NCBI GenBank assembly: GCA_002269645.1 | Contig: NIVC01000106.1 | Coordinates: forward strand, 1 to 64,000 | Direction of reading: 5' to 3' | DNA length: 64,000 nucleotides | Origin: Macrostomum lignano | Lineage: Eukaryota | Shown here: positions 25,565 through 37,446 of the stretch, piece after piece | Layout: each line of letters starts with the position of its first letter | How positions within the stretch are numbered: position 1 is the stretch's first letter | Notes under the pieces: model-generated | Database searches by the model: none | What the model was told of the DNA's origin: nothing | What the model saw: only the letters and a program-made list of their open reading frames with translations | Program-made: the position numbers and the translations under genes

Positions 25565-28500
25565 TTATTTGTAGCGGTTCACGTAGCTCTCGTGAAATTC
25601 TTTGAAAATTTGCATCACTTTCTTTAGCTTCTCGACTGGCGGCAAAATCGTCATCCTGCGGGATGAGATGAGACAAAAAATTACGATATTTAATAAGGCA
25701 AGTAGCAGATTAAACGGTTAACATAACGGATAAACACTACCAGTCCAAGAGTGCCACTTATCTGATTATAGTCAAAATACAGTCTGTACGTGTGGATTTG
25801 CGGAAGCAGGGTTAGTAAAGCGGTGAGGGGGCTTATCGATTTTTATAGCTGGTCTCCTAGTCTCGCTGCAACCCCGACCAGCCACCCGAATTCACACTTG
25901 GGGAATACAATCCCAGGATCCCAGGATCCCGAAATCCCCGGGATCACACTTGTCTGGGATTCGAAAATCCCGGGATTGACCATCGGGATCCCGAGCCCAG
26001 TTTGCAATAATTCCATCATTCATTCTCGAGCAGTAGTATCTGCAGCTGAGCTAATGTCAGGTGAAAATCCTAACCCAGTTTGCCGGCTATGATTTAATAA
26101 TCTGTTAAACATGCAGGCTTGTGAGAAGGCTAGTGCTGCAGGGATACAAAACTGAAGCTGTTGGGAGATCGTAGGGGATTTCAGGTGTAATAATATACGT
26201 GCAACTGTGTGCATATGGTACTCGCAGACTAATGTAATTATTATTCTAAAACCTGTGCACAGAGTCCGAAGCAATAGAGGGAGGCCAATTCTTCATTGTT
26301 TCCGATCGCAGCGCTATAGCTTGCCAGACGAGAGTCAATCATTGTTCATTGGAACTCTCCCTCTATCTCAAACCCAGCTAAAATTAGGGGGTCTCGACCT
26401 TGTGCAGATCAGAAGCCCCCCTTTATGCGAAAGACCTCATTCTTAGCACTGTCAGGACACCCTTTAGATGCCCAGCATGGAATGTTAATTTTAACTAAAA
26501 ATCACTCTCAAGATTTTCGACAGGTTGGATTTTCATTTGAAAAATTGTTTTTTATATGAGTTTCTATAGTCTCTTTAATCATAGGGGTGGTGGCAGAACT
26601 ACATGTACTTTAAGCAGTCTCCACCTCCAAAACTCATTGGCCATAGCTGGGATTAGAACATTGGGACCTTGCTATCGGACCAGACCACAACCCAAGCTAC
26701 CAGATCTCCATCTAGGGCGGGTGCCCCTGGGAGGGTGGAGGTCTGATCCCCTTCTAACCTAGTATCAGTACCTCGCGCCATAGGTCTGTAAGCTATCATT
26801 CCCCAGGTTACATCACAATCAAGTGTGTTTTCCTGAGCTAATACTGGCATGTAAAAAAGCACGTCTAATATGCCAGTCCGTACATCACACTCCAATTCAG
26901 AGCTCACTGCCAGCTTTTCGTTAGCAAAACATTCTGTTCTGTTCTACTTTATTATTGAAGGCCCTTTATAGTCAGTTTAGATGGCTTCGTAAACCAAAAC
27001 TGCACCAACAAAATTAGAAACTTTTTTAATCCGGGATCCCGGCCCAACTTTTCGGGATCCCGGGATTGGCAAAGTCCGGGATATCCCGATCCCGAGAATC
27101 CCGGGATTTTCGAAGTCCGGGATATCCCGATCCAGAGAATCCCGGGCTTTTCGAAGTCCGGGATATCCCGATCCCGAGAATCCCGGGATTTTCGAAGTCC
27201 GGGATATCCCGATCCAGAGAATCCCGGGATTTTCGAAGTCCGGGATATCCCGATCAAGAGAATCGCGGGATTTTCGAAGTCCGGGATACCCCGATCCAGA
27301 GAATCCCGGGATTGACAAAGTCCGGGATATCACGATCCAGAGAATCCCGGGATTGGCAAAACTCGATATTTTGTATTCCCTAGTTAATACTAGGTTAAAT
27401 GAATTGATGTATCCTACCCCTCCGGTTTGTTCCCACTAAATGTCCACACTGCACGCGTGGAGCTGATGGGAGTCAATCGGTTTATCGAATGTATGGTTTC
27501 GAAAAAAACTGATGTACTTTTGTCTTATATTTTAAAATTATACCTCGCGTTAGTAATTTGTAGGTAGGCGAGGTTTTTTAATGTCGATCGTAGATTCATT
27601 ACTTGAAACTTCACTTACTTTAGCGAATCAATCAAATCGGATGAATTTATTCACTAAAGCAATCAGTTAAGTAGTGCAAATTAACAGATCTAGACAGAGG
27701 ATACTCGTATATACAAACCTAAAGTGGTAGGTGCCGGGTCGCTGACCGAAGCCCGACCCGGGCACAACACAGACGCCCTTCTCCTCCAGCAGTGCGGTGC
27801 AGTACATCGCATCCGGCTGCATTCCCTTCGCCTTGGCCTCCTCAATCAGCTTGGGCGGCAGCTCAATGCTGGGAAAAGCGTACATGGCGCCCTGAACCGG
27901 ATTGCAGCGCATTCCGGGTATGCTGTTGAACGTCTCAGTGGCCATTTGAGCTTTCAGCTTCAGGTCGCCGAGCACCTGAGACTTCTCGCGCTCGTGCTCA
28001 GCGAATGATGGCTCGTCGGGCTTTGGCGGGTTCATAATCACATCTAGGATGGCCTGGCCCATGACCACGGAGCACAGGCGGGCGCTGAGCTGCTTGTACA
28101 GCATGGCCTGAACCTCGGGGTCCATGTTGACCAGCTCGCAGTAGCCACCGCGGAAGCCGCACTCGCCCATGTAGCCTTTGCTGGCCGACATGAACGAGGC
28201 CAGCTCCATCTCCTTGAAGTAGGCGTCGCCCATGCCGTGCAGCACCTACAGTAAAGAGTGTCATTGTGTGTTCATTAGAGGCAGTAGGCTGTGTGCACCC
28301 CACAGATACTAGAATAACTAGATGGGCCACTCAGGCATATACTTAGTAAAACAGCTTTCTACTTTCAGTTTAGTAGCAAAGAAGAATACATAAGCTATTT
28401 AATAAAAAAAGGCGGCTGAAATGACTTTGATAAGTTTAGAAGCCCAAAAGCTTGCAGGCGTAAACAAACTTGCTAATTGGTTCAGCAATAATGTACACTG

Positions 28501-31500
28501 GCCAGTCCACTGAAATGTACATAGTAGCTTTAGGCTGGAATTCCGAGAAAGGCAATAAAAATTGGGGCGGGCAGGGCGGGGCAGGGCGGGGGTAGTGTGG
28601 AAAGGCGCGGTTGGAGCGTTTAAGCGGGGGTAAGAACCAATAAATGAGCCTTGGCTTTAAAAATGCATTAAAATGCTTCGGTTTATAACTTACTACTGAA
28701 CTGAAAGTAGTTTACACGCAAATGTGATGAGTGGCCCATCTACTTATTCTAGTATCTGTGGTGCACCCTGGCGCACTTCAAGTGACATTGTGTCACACAA
28801 CCGGCGACCCTGAGCCGGCATACAAGCGCGCGGATACGTACTCAGTCATACGCACAGGCACACACTCACAGGAGTGTACAGCGACCCTAACTTTATTATC
28901 GTTATAGACATGTACATTTCACTGTGCCTTGGGGGTTGGTCCTGAAGGGCGTTAATTGCACAAGCAGAGCCAAGCCGAGATTCCAATTTAGTTTAGCCGC
29001 AAATTAATGTGACTGCACTTGGAATCGAGCCTGGGCCGTTAGTTGGAATATCAGAGCGCGGCGCTAGACCACTGGGCTACGGCCCCTCTAAGAGAGTGAA
29101 TGAAATTGTAGGTTAGGGAACCAGACTGTCAAGCTCAAGAAGTCAATGGATTAAAGATTTAGTATTAGAAACAGCAACTGACCTGCTTGAAGCTGTAAAA
29201 CTTGGCCCCCTCCGCGTACACATTGTGCTGATAGACTTCATCAGCCAGAATGAACAAGTTCTTCTCCTTGGCAAATCGAATCACATCTTCGATTATTTCT
29301 TTGCGCAGTACCTGGCCAGTGGGATTTCCAGGATTAATCACAACCAAAGCGCGAGGCTTGCATTTACCAACAGCTTCATCGTAGGCTCGGCGCAGCTCAG
29401 CCTGGCTCAGACTCCAATTGTCTGATTCTTCCAGGTAGTAGGGCACAGTCTGCAGATTGTACTGGCTGATGCTGGCTGAGTACAGAGGATACTGCGGTAT
29501 GGGGACCATCACGCCAGGCTGATCGGCTCCCTCCTGTCCAGTTGCCAGAAGTTCCAGCACCGCCTTGACAGCTTCGCTGGCGCCCGAAGTCAGAAAGATG
29601 TTCTCAGGGTTAGCGGGGATGCCGTCTCTGAAGGAGTGAGGATTTGGGATTAGTCACAGTTGTAGATTTGGGAACGATATGATGGGGAAGTTGAAGGATT
29701 GTAAACAGGGATTTTTAAGCTGGTGATTTTAGGATAATGATACGGGTTTGGTATTTGGGATAAGATTTAGTAGAATTGATATTTGGAAGAAAAATCCCTA
29801 TTTGGAAGAATCCCTATTTGGGAGAAGAATCCCTATTTGGAAGAAGAATCCCTATTTGGAAGAAGAATCCCTATTTGGGAGTAGAATCCGTACTTGGGAG
29901 TAGAATCCCTATTTGGAAGAAGAATCCCTATTTGGGAGTAGAATCCGTACTTGGGAGTAGAATCCGTATTTGGGAGAGGAATCCCTATTTAGAAGAATCC
30001 CTATTTGGGATTAGAATCCGTATTTGGGAGAAGAATCCCTATTTGGAAGAATCCCTATTTGGGATTAGAATCCCCATTTGGGAGGAATCCCTATTTGGGA
30101 GAAGAATCCCTATTTATAAAAATCCCTACTTGGGAGGAGAATCCCTATTTAGAAGAATCCCTATTTAGATGAATCCCTATTTGGAAGTAGAATCCCTATT
30201 TGGAAGAAGAATCCCTATTTGGGAGTAGAATCCCTATTTGGGAGTAGAATCCCTATTTGGGAGAAGAATCCCTATTTGGGAGTAGAATCCCTATTTGGAA
30301 GAAGAATCCCTATTTGGGAGAAGAATCCCTATTTGGAAGAAGAATCCCTATTTGGGAGTAGAATCCCTATTTGGAAGAAGAATCCCTATTTGGAAGAAGA
30401 ATCCCTATTTGGAAGAAGAATCCCTATTTGGGAGAAGAATCCCTATTTGGAAGAAGAATCCCTATTTGGAAGAAGAATCCCTATTTGGGAGAAGAATCCC
30501 TATTTGGAAGAAGAATCCCTATTTGGAAGAAGAATCCCTATTTGGGAGTAGAATCCCTATTTGGAAGAAGAATCCCTATTTGGGAGAAGAATCCCTATTT
30601 GGGAGAAGAATCCCTATTTATAAAAATCCCTACTTGGGAGGAGAATCCCTATTTGGGAGAGGAATCCCTATTTAGAAGAATCCCTATTTGGGATTAGAAT
30701 CCCCATTTGGGAGGAATCCCTATTTGGGAGAAGAATTCCTATTTATAAAAATCCCTACTTGGGAGGAGAATCCCTATTTGGGAGAAGAATCCCTATTTGG
30801 GAGAAGAATCCCTATTTGGAAGAAGAATCCCTATTTGGAAGAAGAATCCCTATTTGGGAGAAGAATCCCTATTTGGAAGAAGAATCCCTATTTGGAAGAA
30901 GAATCCCTATTTGGGAGAAGAATCCCTATTTGGAAGAAGAATCCCTATTTGGAAGAAGAATCCCTATTTGGGAGTAGAATCCCTATTTGGAAGAAGAATC
31001 CCTATTTGGGAGAAGAATCCCTATTTGGGAGAAGAATCCCTATTTATAAAAATCCCTACTTGGGAGGAGAATCCCTATTTGGGAGAGGAATCCCTATTTA
31101 GAAGAATCCCTATTTGGGATTAGAATCCCCATTTGGGAGGAATCCCTATTTGGGAGAAGAATTCCTATTTATAAAAATCCCTACTTGGGAGGAGAATCCC
31201 TATTTGGGAGAAGAATCCCTATTTAGAAGAATCCCTATTTGGGAGTAGAATCCTTATTTGGGACAAGAATCATAACTTGGGAATCGCCTTGGGATCTGGG
31301 AATATGCGTCCTGCCTTTTAAATCAAGAACAAAGAAACGTCTAGATAAACAGCAATCAACAAAAGTCAGGCCTCACCGAGCCTCAATATACTTGGCGCAG
31401 TCTTCCCTGATGACGGGCACGCCGCAGGAGGCGCTGTAGGCGCCCACGCTGCCACCCCCGCAGCCCTCCAGAATCCGCTTAGCCCTGGCCTTGACATCGG

Positions 31501-31768
31501 CGGGATAGCGGTCAGAGTCCATCAGGCTGGGATCGGAGAGCACAGCAATCACCTGGCGCAGAAAGGTGATTGGCTTCTGGCCCATAGCGTGACAGTCGCC
31601 AATGTTGCACCTGATGACTTCGGAAAATGGCTTAGTAGCGCCGGATTTTAATTCCTTCTCTAGTTGAGTAGCCCTAGCAACTATGGGTCCGCGAACGGCG
31701 TATTCGAGTCGTTTCACGCACGGGTTCATCGACTCAAGGGTGAGCACTTTGCCTGACGCTTGCTGCAT
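25565..31768 (-). CDS. GPT: Alanine aminotransferase, copy A; exons 31768-31377, 29627-29183, 28245-27719, 25655-25565 (484 aa)
   Basis: [55 protein letters not shown] (PLP lysine), [26 protein letters not shown]. All junctions GT-AG and phase-consistent; 1455 nt with no internal stop. Confidence 0.95.
27020..27382. repeat. 41-bp palindrome-rich tandem repeat ATCCCGGGATTTTCGAAGTCCGGGATATCCCGATCCAGAGA ending in a MITE-like terminus GTATTCCCTA
   Basis: About 7 copies in the last GPT-A intron; related GGGATCCC-rich sequence at 25899-26000 begins TGGGGAATAC. Confidence 0.75.
28270..29086 (-). mobile_element. tRNA-derived SINE interrupted by a MITE
   Basis: Head GGGGCCGTAGCCCAGTGGT (A box)...GGCTCGATTCC (B box)AAGTGCAGTCACATTAATTTG. 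Head and 3' part match the copy at 35957-36143, and the match resumes beyond the MITE. Confidence 0.8.
28301..28760. mobile_element. MITE (P-element/hAT-type), 460 bp
   Basis: 33-bp TIRs CACAGATACTAGAATAA(C/G)TAGATGGGCCACTCA with one mismatch; perfect 8-bp TSD GTGCACCC (28293-28300, 28761-28768); extra subterminal inverted repeat CTACTTTCAGTT. Confidence 0.9.
29790..31260. repeat. Intronic minisatellite, 19-bp unit AATCCCTATTTGGAAGAAG
   Basis: Fills intron 1 of GPT-A. Confidence 0.95.
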
Positions 31769-31914
31769 TTTTATTCTTAAATTGAGTTGCTTCTTGTAAA
31801 AATTATGTCTTGTCTTCTTTGATAAGTGTGAAGCTGAGCGAATCAAACGGCTTCTACTTCGAACATGCACAATGGTGATGGAGATTTAATGAAGCTGGGG
31901 ACTCAGTCACTAGG

Positions 31915-32480
31915 GTAGCTGAGGATTCAGACTCAGGGGTAGCTGAGGATTCTGACTCAGGGGTAGCTGAGGATTCAGACTCAGGGGTAGCTGAGGATTC
32001 TGACTCAGGGGTAGCTGAGGATTCAGACTCAGGGGTAGCTGAAGATTCTGACCCAGGGCTAGCTGAAGATTCTGACTCAGGGCTAGCTGAAGATTCTGAC
32101 TCAGGGCTAGCTGAAGATTCTGACTAAGGGCTAGCTGAGGATTCCGACTCAGGGGTAGCTGAGGATTCCGACTCCGGGGTAGCTGAGGATTCCGACTCAG
32201 GGGTAGCTGAGGATTCCGACTCAAGGGTAGCTGAGGATTCCGACTCAGGGGTAGCTGAGGATTCCGACTCAGTGGTAGTTGAGGATTCCGACTCTGGGGT
32301 AGCTTGGGATTCCGACTCAGGGGTAGCTGAGGATTCAGACTCAGGGGTAGCTGAGGATTCTGACTCAGGGGTAGCTGAAGATTCCGACTCAGGGGTAGCT
32401 GAGGATTCTGACTCAGGGGTAGCTGAAGTTATGACTCAGGGGTAGCTGAAGGTTCAGACTTAATGGTAGCTGACTCAGGG
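31915..32480. repeat. Tandem minisatellite, 24-bp unit CTGAGGATTCCGACTCAGGGGTAG
   Basis: Lies between the two GPT genes; internal CTGAG/CTCAG inverted repeat. Confidence 0.9.
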
Positions 32481-32791
32481 GTAGTACGGTAGTATCCCTA
32501 ATCTTGCAAACATTTAAACGTGAAAAATTGCAGAAAGGAAAATTTCTAAAAGTTTGATCAATCATAGATAAATCAGTATGTAAACAATGGAGTATAATTG
32601 TATAAAAATCAGATCTAATGAGTCAACACACTATGCAGTTAAAATCAAACGCTAACAAATACAACTCTATTTGTAAAATTGTATAAAACTAATTAAGACA
32701 ACCGGATCCTGGAAAAATTAGAAGTTTCAAAAACTGCAATCTCTAACAAAAAGGTTGAAAGAATTGCTCCCGTCCTGTGCACGTCTGGTTA

Positions 32792-35700
32792 TTACGAAAA
32801 TCGATTCACAAAACTCTGATGAAAATCTCGAAACTGCTCCATGACCTGTCGCAGCTTGTCAACTGGCGGTAGAATGGTCATTCTGAAACAGAAGTACACC
32901 ATTGTCATTATTAAGATGATAATGAACGGAAATGTGATCATAGAGAACACACATCGGAAATGGGATCATAGAGAACACGCACATCGGAAATGGGATCACA
33001 GAGAACACGCACATCGGAAATGGGATCACAGAGAACACGCACATCGGAAATGGGATCATAGAGAACACACATCGGAAATGGGATCATAGAGAACACACAC
33101 ACTGGAAATGGTACATAGAGAACACAAACTGGAAATGGGATCATAGAGAACACACATCGGAAATGGGATCATAGAGAACACGCACATCGGAAATGGGATC
33201 ATAGAGAACACACACACTGGAAATGGTACATAGAGAACACAAACTGGAAATGGGATCATAGAGAACACGCACATCGGAAATGGGATCATAGAGAACACAC
33301 ATTGGAAATGGGATCATAGAGAACACGCACATCGGAAATGGGATCACAGAGAACACGCACATCGGAAATGGGATCATAGAGAACAAACATCGGAAATGGG
33401 ATCACAGAGAACACACATCGGAAATGGGATCACAGAGAACACACACATTGGAAATGGGATCACAGAGAACACACATCGGAAATGGGATCATAAAGAACAC
33501 AAACTGGAAATGGGATCATAGAGAACACACATCGGAAATGGGATCATAGAGAACACACACATCGGAAATGGGATCATAGAGAACACAAACTGGAAATGGG
33601 ATCATAGAGAACACACATCGGAAATGGGATCACAGAGAAAACACATCGGAAATGGGATCACAGAGAACACACATCGGAAATGGGATCACAGAACACACAT
33701 CGGAAATGGGATCACAGAGAACACACATCGGAAATGGGATCATAGAGAACACACACATTGGAAATGGGATCATAGAGAACACACATCGGAAATGGGATCA
33801 CAAAGAACACACATTGGAAATGGGATCACAGAGAACACACACATCGGAAATGGGATCACAGAGAACACACACATTGGAAATGGGATCACAGAGAACACAC
33901 ATCGGAAATGGGATCACAGAGAACACACATTGGAAATGGGATCATAGAGAACACACATCGGAAATGGGATCATAGAGAACACACACATTGGAAATGGGAT
34001 CATAGAGAACACACACATTGGAAATGGGATCATAGAGAACACGCACATCGGAAATGGGATCATAGAGAACACACATTGGAAATGGGATCATAGAGAACAC
34101 GCACATCGGAAATGGGATCACAGAGAACACGCACATCGGAAATGGGATCATAGAGAACACACACATCGGAAATGGGATCATAGAGAACACACATCGGAAA
34201 TGGGATCATAGAGAACACACATCGGAAATGGGATCACAGAGAACACACATCGGAAATGGGATCATAGAGAACACACACATCGGAAATGGGATCACAGAGA
34301 ACACACATACACATTGGAAATGGGATCACAGAGAACACACATCGGAAATGGGATCATAGAGAACACACATCGGAAATGGGATCACAGAGAACACACATCG
34401 GAAATGGGATCACAGAGAACACACATCGGAAATGGGATCACAGAGAACACACATTGGAAATGGGATCACAAAGAACACACACATCGGAAATGGGATCATA
34501 GAGAACACACATTGGAAATGGGATCACAGAGAACACACACATCGGAAATGGGATCACAGAGAACACAAACCGGAAATGGGATCATAGAGAACACACATCG
34601 GAAATGGGATCATAGAGAACACACACATCGGAAATGGGATCATAGAGAACACACACATCGGAAATGGGATCATAGAGAACACACATCGGAAATGGGATCA
34701 TAGAGAACACAAACCGGAAATCGGATCACAGAGAACACACATCGGAAATGGGATCATAGAGAACACACATCGGAAATGGGATCACAGAGAACACACATCG
34801 GAAATGGGATCATAGAGAACACAAACCGGAAATGGGATCACAGAGAACACACATCGGAAATGGGATCATAGAGAACACACATCGGAAATGGGATCATAGA
34901 GAACACACATCGGAAATGGGATTATAGAGAACACACATTGGAAATGGGATCACAGGGAACACACATCGGAAATGGGATCACAGAGAACACACATCGGAAA
35001 TGGGATTATAGAGAACACACATTGGAAATGGGATCACAGGGAACACACATCGGAAATGGTACATAGAGAACAAAAACAGGAAATGGGGCATAGAAAAAGA
35101 ACAGAAATGAGGTCAAAAGTTTAAACAAGAGAGATGGGATTAAAAATTATATTAAGAAATGATTGGATCAGAGCTGGCTACCTAAAGTGGTAGGTGCCGG
35201 GTCGCTGACCGAAGCCCGACCCGGGCACAACACAGACGCCCTTCTCCTCCAGCAGTGCGGTGCAGTACATCTCATCCGGCTGCATTCCCTTCGCCTTGGC
35301 CTCCTCAATCAGCTTGGGCGGCAGCTCAATGCTGGGAAAAGCGTACATGGCGCCCTGAACCGGATTGCAGCGCATTCCGGGTATGCTGTTGAACGTCTCA
35401 GTGGCCATTTGAGCTTTCAGCTTCAGGTCGCCGAGCACCTGAGACTTCTCGCGCTCGTGCTTAGCGAATGATGGCTCGTCAGGCTTAGGCGGGTTCACGA
35501 TCACGTCTAGGATGGCCTGGCCTGCCACCGACGGACAGCCTCGATTCGCAAGCTGACGATACAGCAGCGACTGCAGCCGAGCGTCTGGATTGAGCAGCTC
35601 GCAGTAGCCGCCGCGGAAGCCGCACTCGCCGGCGTAGCCCTTGCTGGCCGACATCAGCGAGGCCAGCTGGACTGTAGTTGAGAACTCCGGACCAAGGCGG

Positions 35701-37446
35701 TGCAGCGCCTGCCAATATCCGATATGAAATGGGGTCCGAGGTCACGGGAGGTCAAGCAGCATCAATGTCATTCTATACTTAATAGAGCTTTACTATGCAA
35801 TCGATAGTCAAATTATCAAAAGATCGATGAAAACGGTATCTAGGCCAAGAAGCACCCCAGAGTCACTGCAGTTAACACAGCTAAAATAGGAAACAAGCGA
35901 CTCTAGACGACTCTAAAACGACGAGATTTTTTACTCTAAAACTTCGACTCCCAAAGGGGGGCCGTAGCCCAGCGGTAGCGCAGCTGCTCTGGTGTGCCAG
36001 CGACCCAGGCTCGATTCCAAGTGCAGTCACATTAATTTGGGGCTGGGGAGTCGGCGAAATGGGCAGTAATGCCTCTCGCCGGTTGTGCCTATGTCGCTTA
36101 AAGTGCGCCAAGGTGCACACAACCCCCCTGCCTCTAATAAAAAAAGAAGCATACCAGAGTCACTGCAGGTAACACAGCTAAAATAGGAAACAAGCGACTC
36201 TAGACGACTCTAAAACGACGAGTACAAGTCGTCCAAGAGACGCCTAAGATTTGTCTAAAATTTGAGGCGTTGTATTGTCTGCGACTCTGAGGCCGTGTAT
36301 AGAGTTGCATCTGAGGCGTGCTAGAGTCAATGTAGAATCACTGAGTTGCGTCTAAAGCGCATTCTGCATCACGTTATGAATCAAAATCGCATTTTGAACT
36401 CATAACAACTCTATTTAGTCTACTTAAGTTAGTAAAAAGTTAAAGCGCTAACACAACGACCCTTGGACGGCTCTCTTTCTCTGTCGCATTACTGTCGTTT
36501 GAGTCATTAAATCACAAGAGCCTCCACGGAGCCACTTAGTGATTTTTTTGCTCACCCGTTTGAAGCTGTAAAACTTGGCCCCCTCCGCGTACACATTGTG
36601 CTGATAGACTTCATCAGCCAGAATGAACAAGTTCTTCTCCTTGGCAAATCGAACAACATCTTCGATCACATCTTTGCGCAGTACCTGGCCAGTGGGATTT
36701 CCCGGATTAATCACCACTAAGACTCGAGGCTCGCATTTACCAACAGCTTCATCGTAGGCTCTGCGCAGCTCAGACAGATCCAAGCTCCAATTGTCAGACT
36801 CGTCTAAATAATAGTGCACCGACTGCAGATTGTACTGCGTAATTGAGGCTGAGTACATAGGATACTGCGGTATGGGGATCATCACGCCATACTGCAAACC
36901 ATTGACAGTACTTGCAGACGGTTGCAATCTGGCAAACACCTGCAACAATTCTTTAATCATCTCGCCAGCCCCCGTGCTCAGAATGACACTGTCCGGATCG
37001 CACGGCACGCCATCTCTATCCTGAATGTAGTTGGCGCAATCTTGCCGAATAACAGGCAGGCCCAGCATCTCGCTGCTGTATTGAAGACCGCCGCCATTGT
37101 CAAGAATTCGTCTGGCTCTCTGTTTCACATCTGCCGGATAGTGACTGTCGGATTCAATAAGACTAGGATCAACAATTAGAGCCACGACTTGTCTAAGAAA
37201 GCTGATTGGTTTCTGGCCCATAGCGTGACAATCGCCAATATTGCACCAGATTAGCTCAGTGAAAGGCTTCGGAATTCCGGCATCTAGTTCGCTTTGAATT
37301 CTCTGAGCATTGGCCACTATGGGGCCTCGGACTGCATACTCTATGTTTAGAATGTATGGATTGATGCTTGATTGATTGAGAACAAATTCTGAGTCATCCA
37401 TGCCTGATTGCAGGTTGCTACACCTGTGCAGAAATGTTGCCAGCAT
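32792..37446 (-). CDS. GPT: Alanine aminotransferase, copy B; exons 37446-36556, 35708-35182, 32882-32792 (502 aa; alternative start at 37401)
   Basis: Same motifs as copy A incl. [14 protein letters not shown]; last exon MTILPPVDKLRQVMEQFRDFHQSFVNRFS*. The 527-nt and 91-nt exons match copy A in length; GT-AG junctions are in phase. Confidence 0.92.
32925..35070. repeat. Intronic minisatellite, 28-30-bp unit GGAAATGGGATCATAGAGAACACACATC
   Basis: Fills the last intron of GPT-B. Confidence 0.95.
35825..36530. repeat. Dispersed repeat family member (homologous to 23205-23720), containing a SINE
   Basis: Collinear similarity to 23205-23720; lies in GPT-B intron 1. Confidence 0.7.
35957..36143 (+). 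mobile_element. tRNA-derived SINE (short copy) with A-rich tail
   Basis: GGGGCCGTAGCCCAGCGGT...GGCTCGATTCCAAGTGCAGTCACATTAATTTG...CTCTAATAAAAAAA; same family as 28270-29086. Confidence 0.8.

Noticed and set aside
28984-29086. Functional tRNA gene (also 35957-36030)
   Set aside because: A and B boxes are present but no complete cloverleaf, and the sequence continues into a shared SINE body.
29776-35060. Many repetitive ORFs ([30 protein letters not shown])
   Set aside because: Translations of intronic or intergenic minisatellites.
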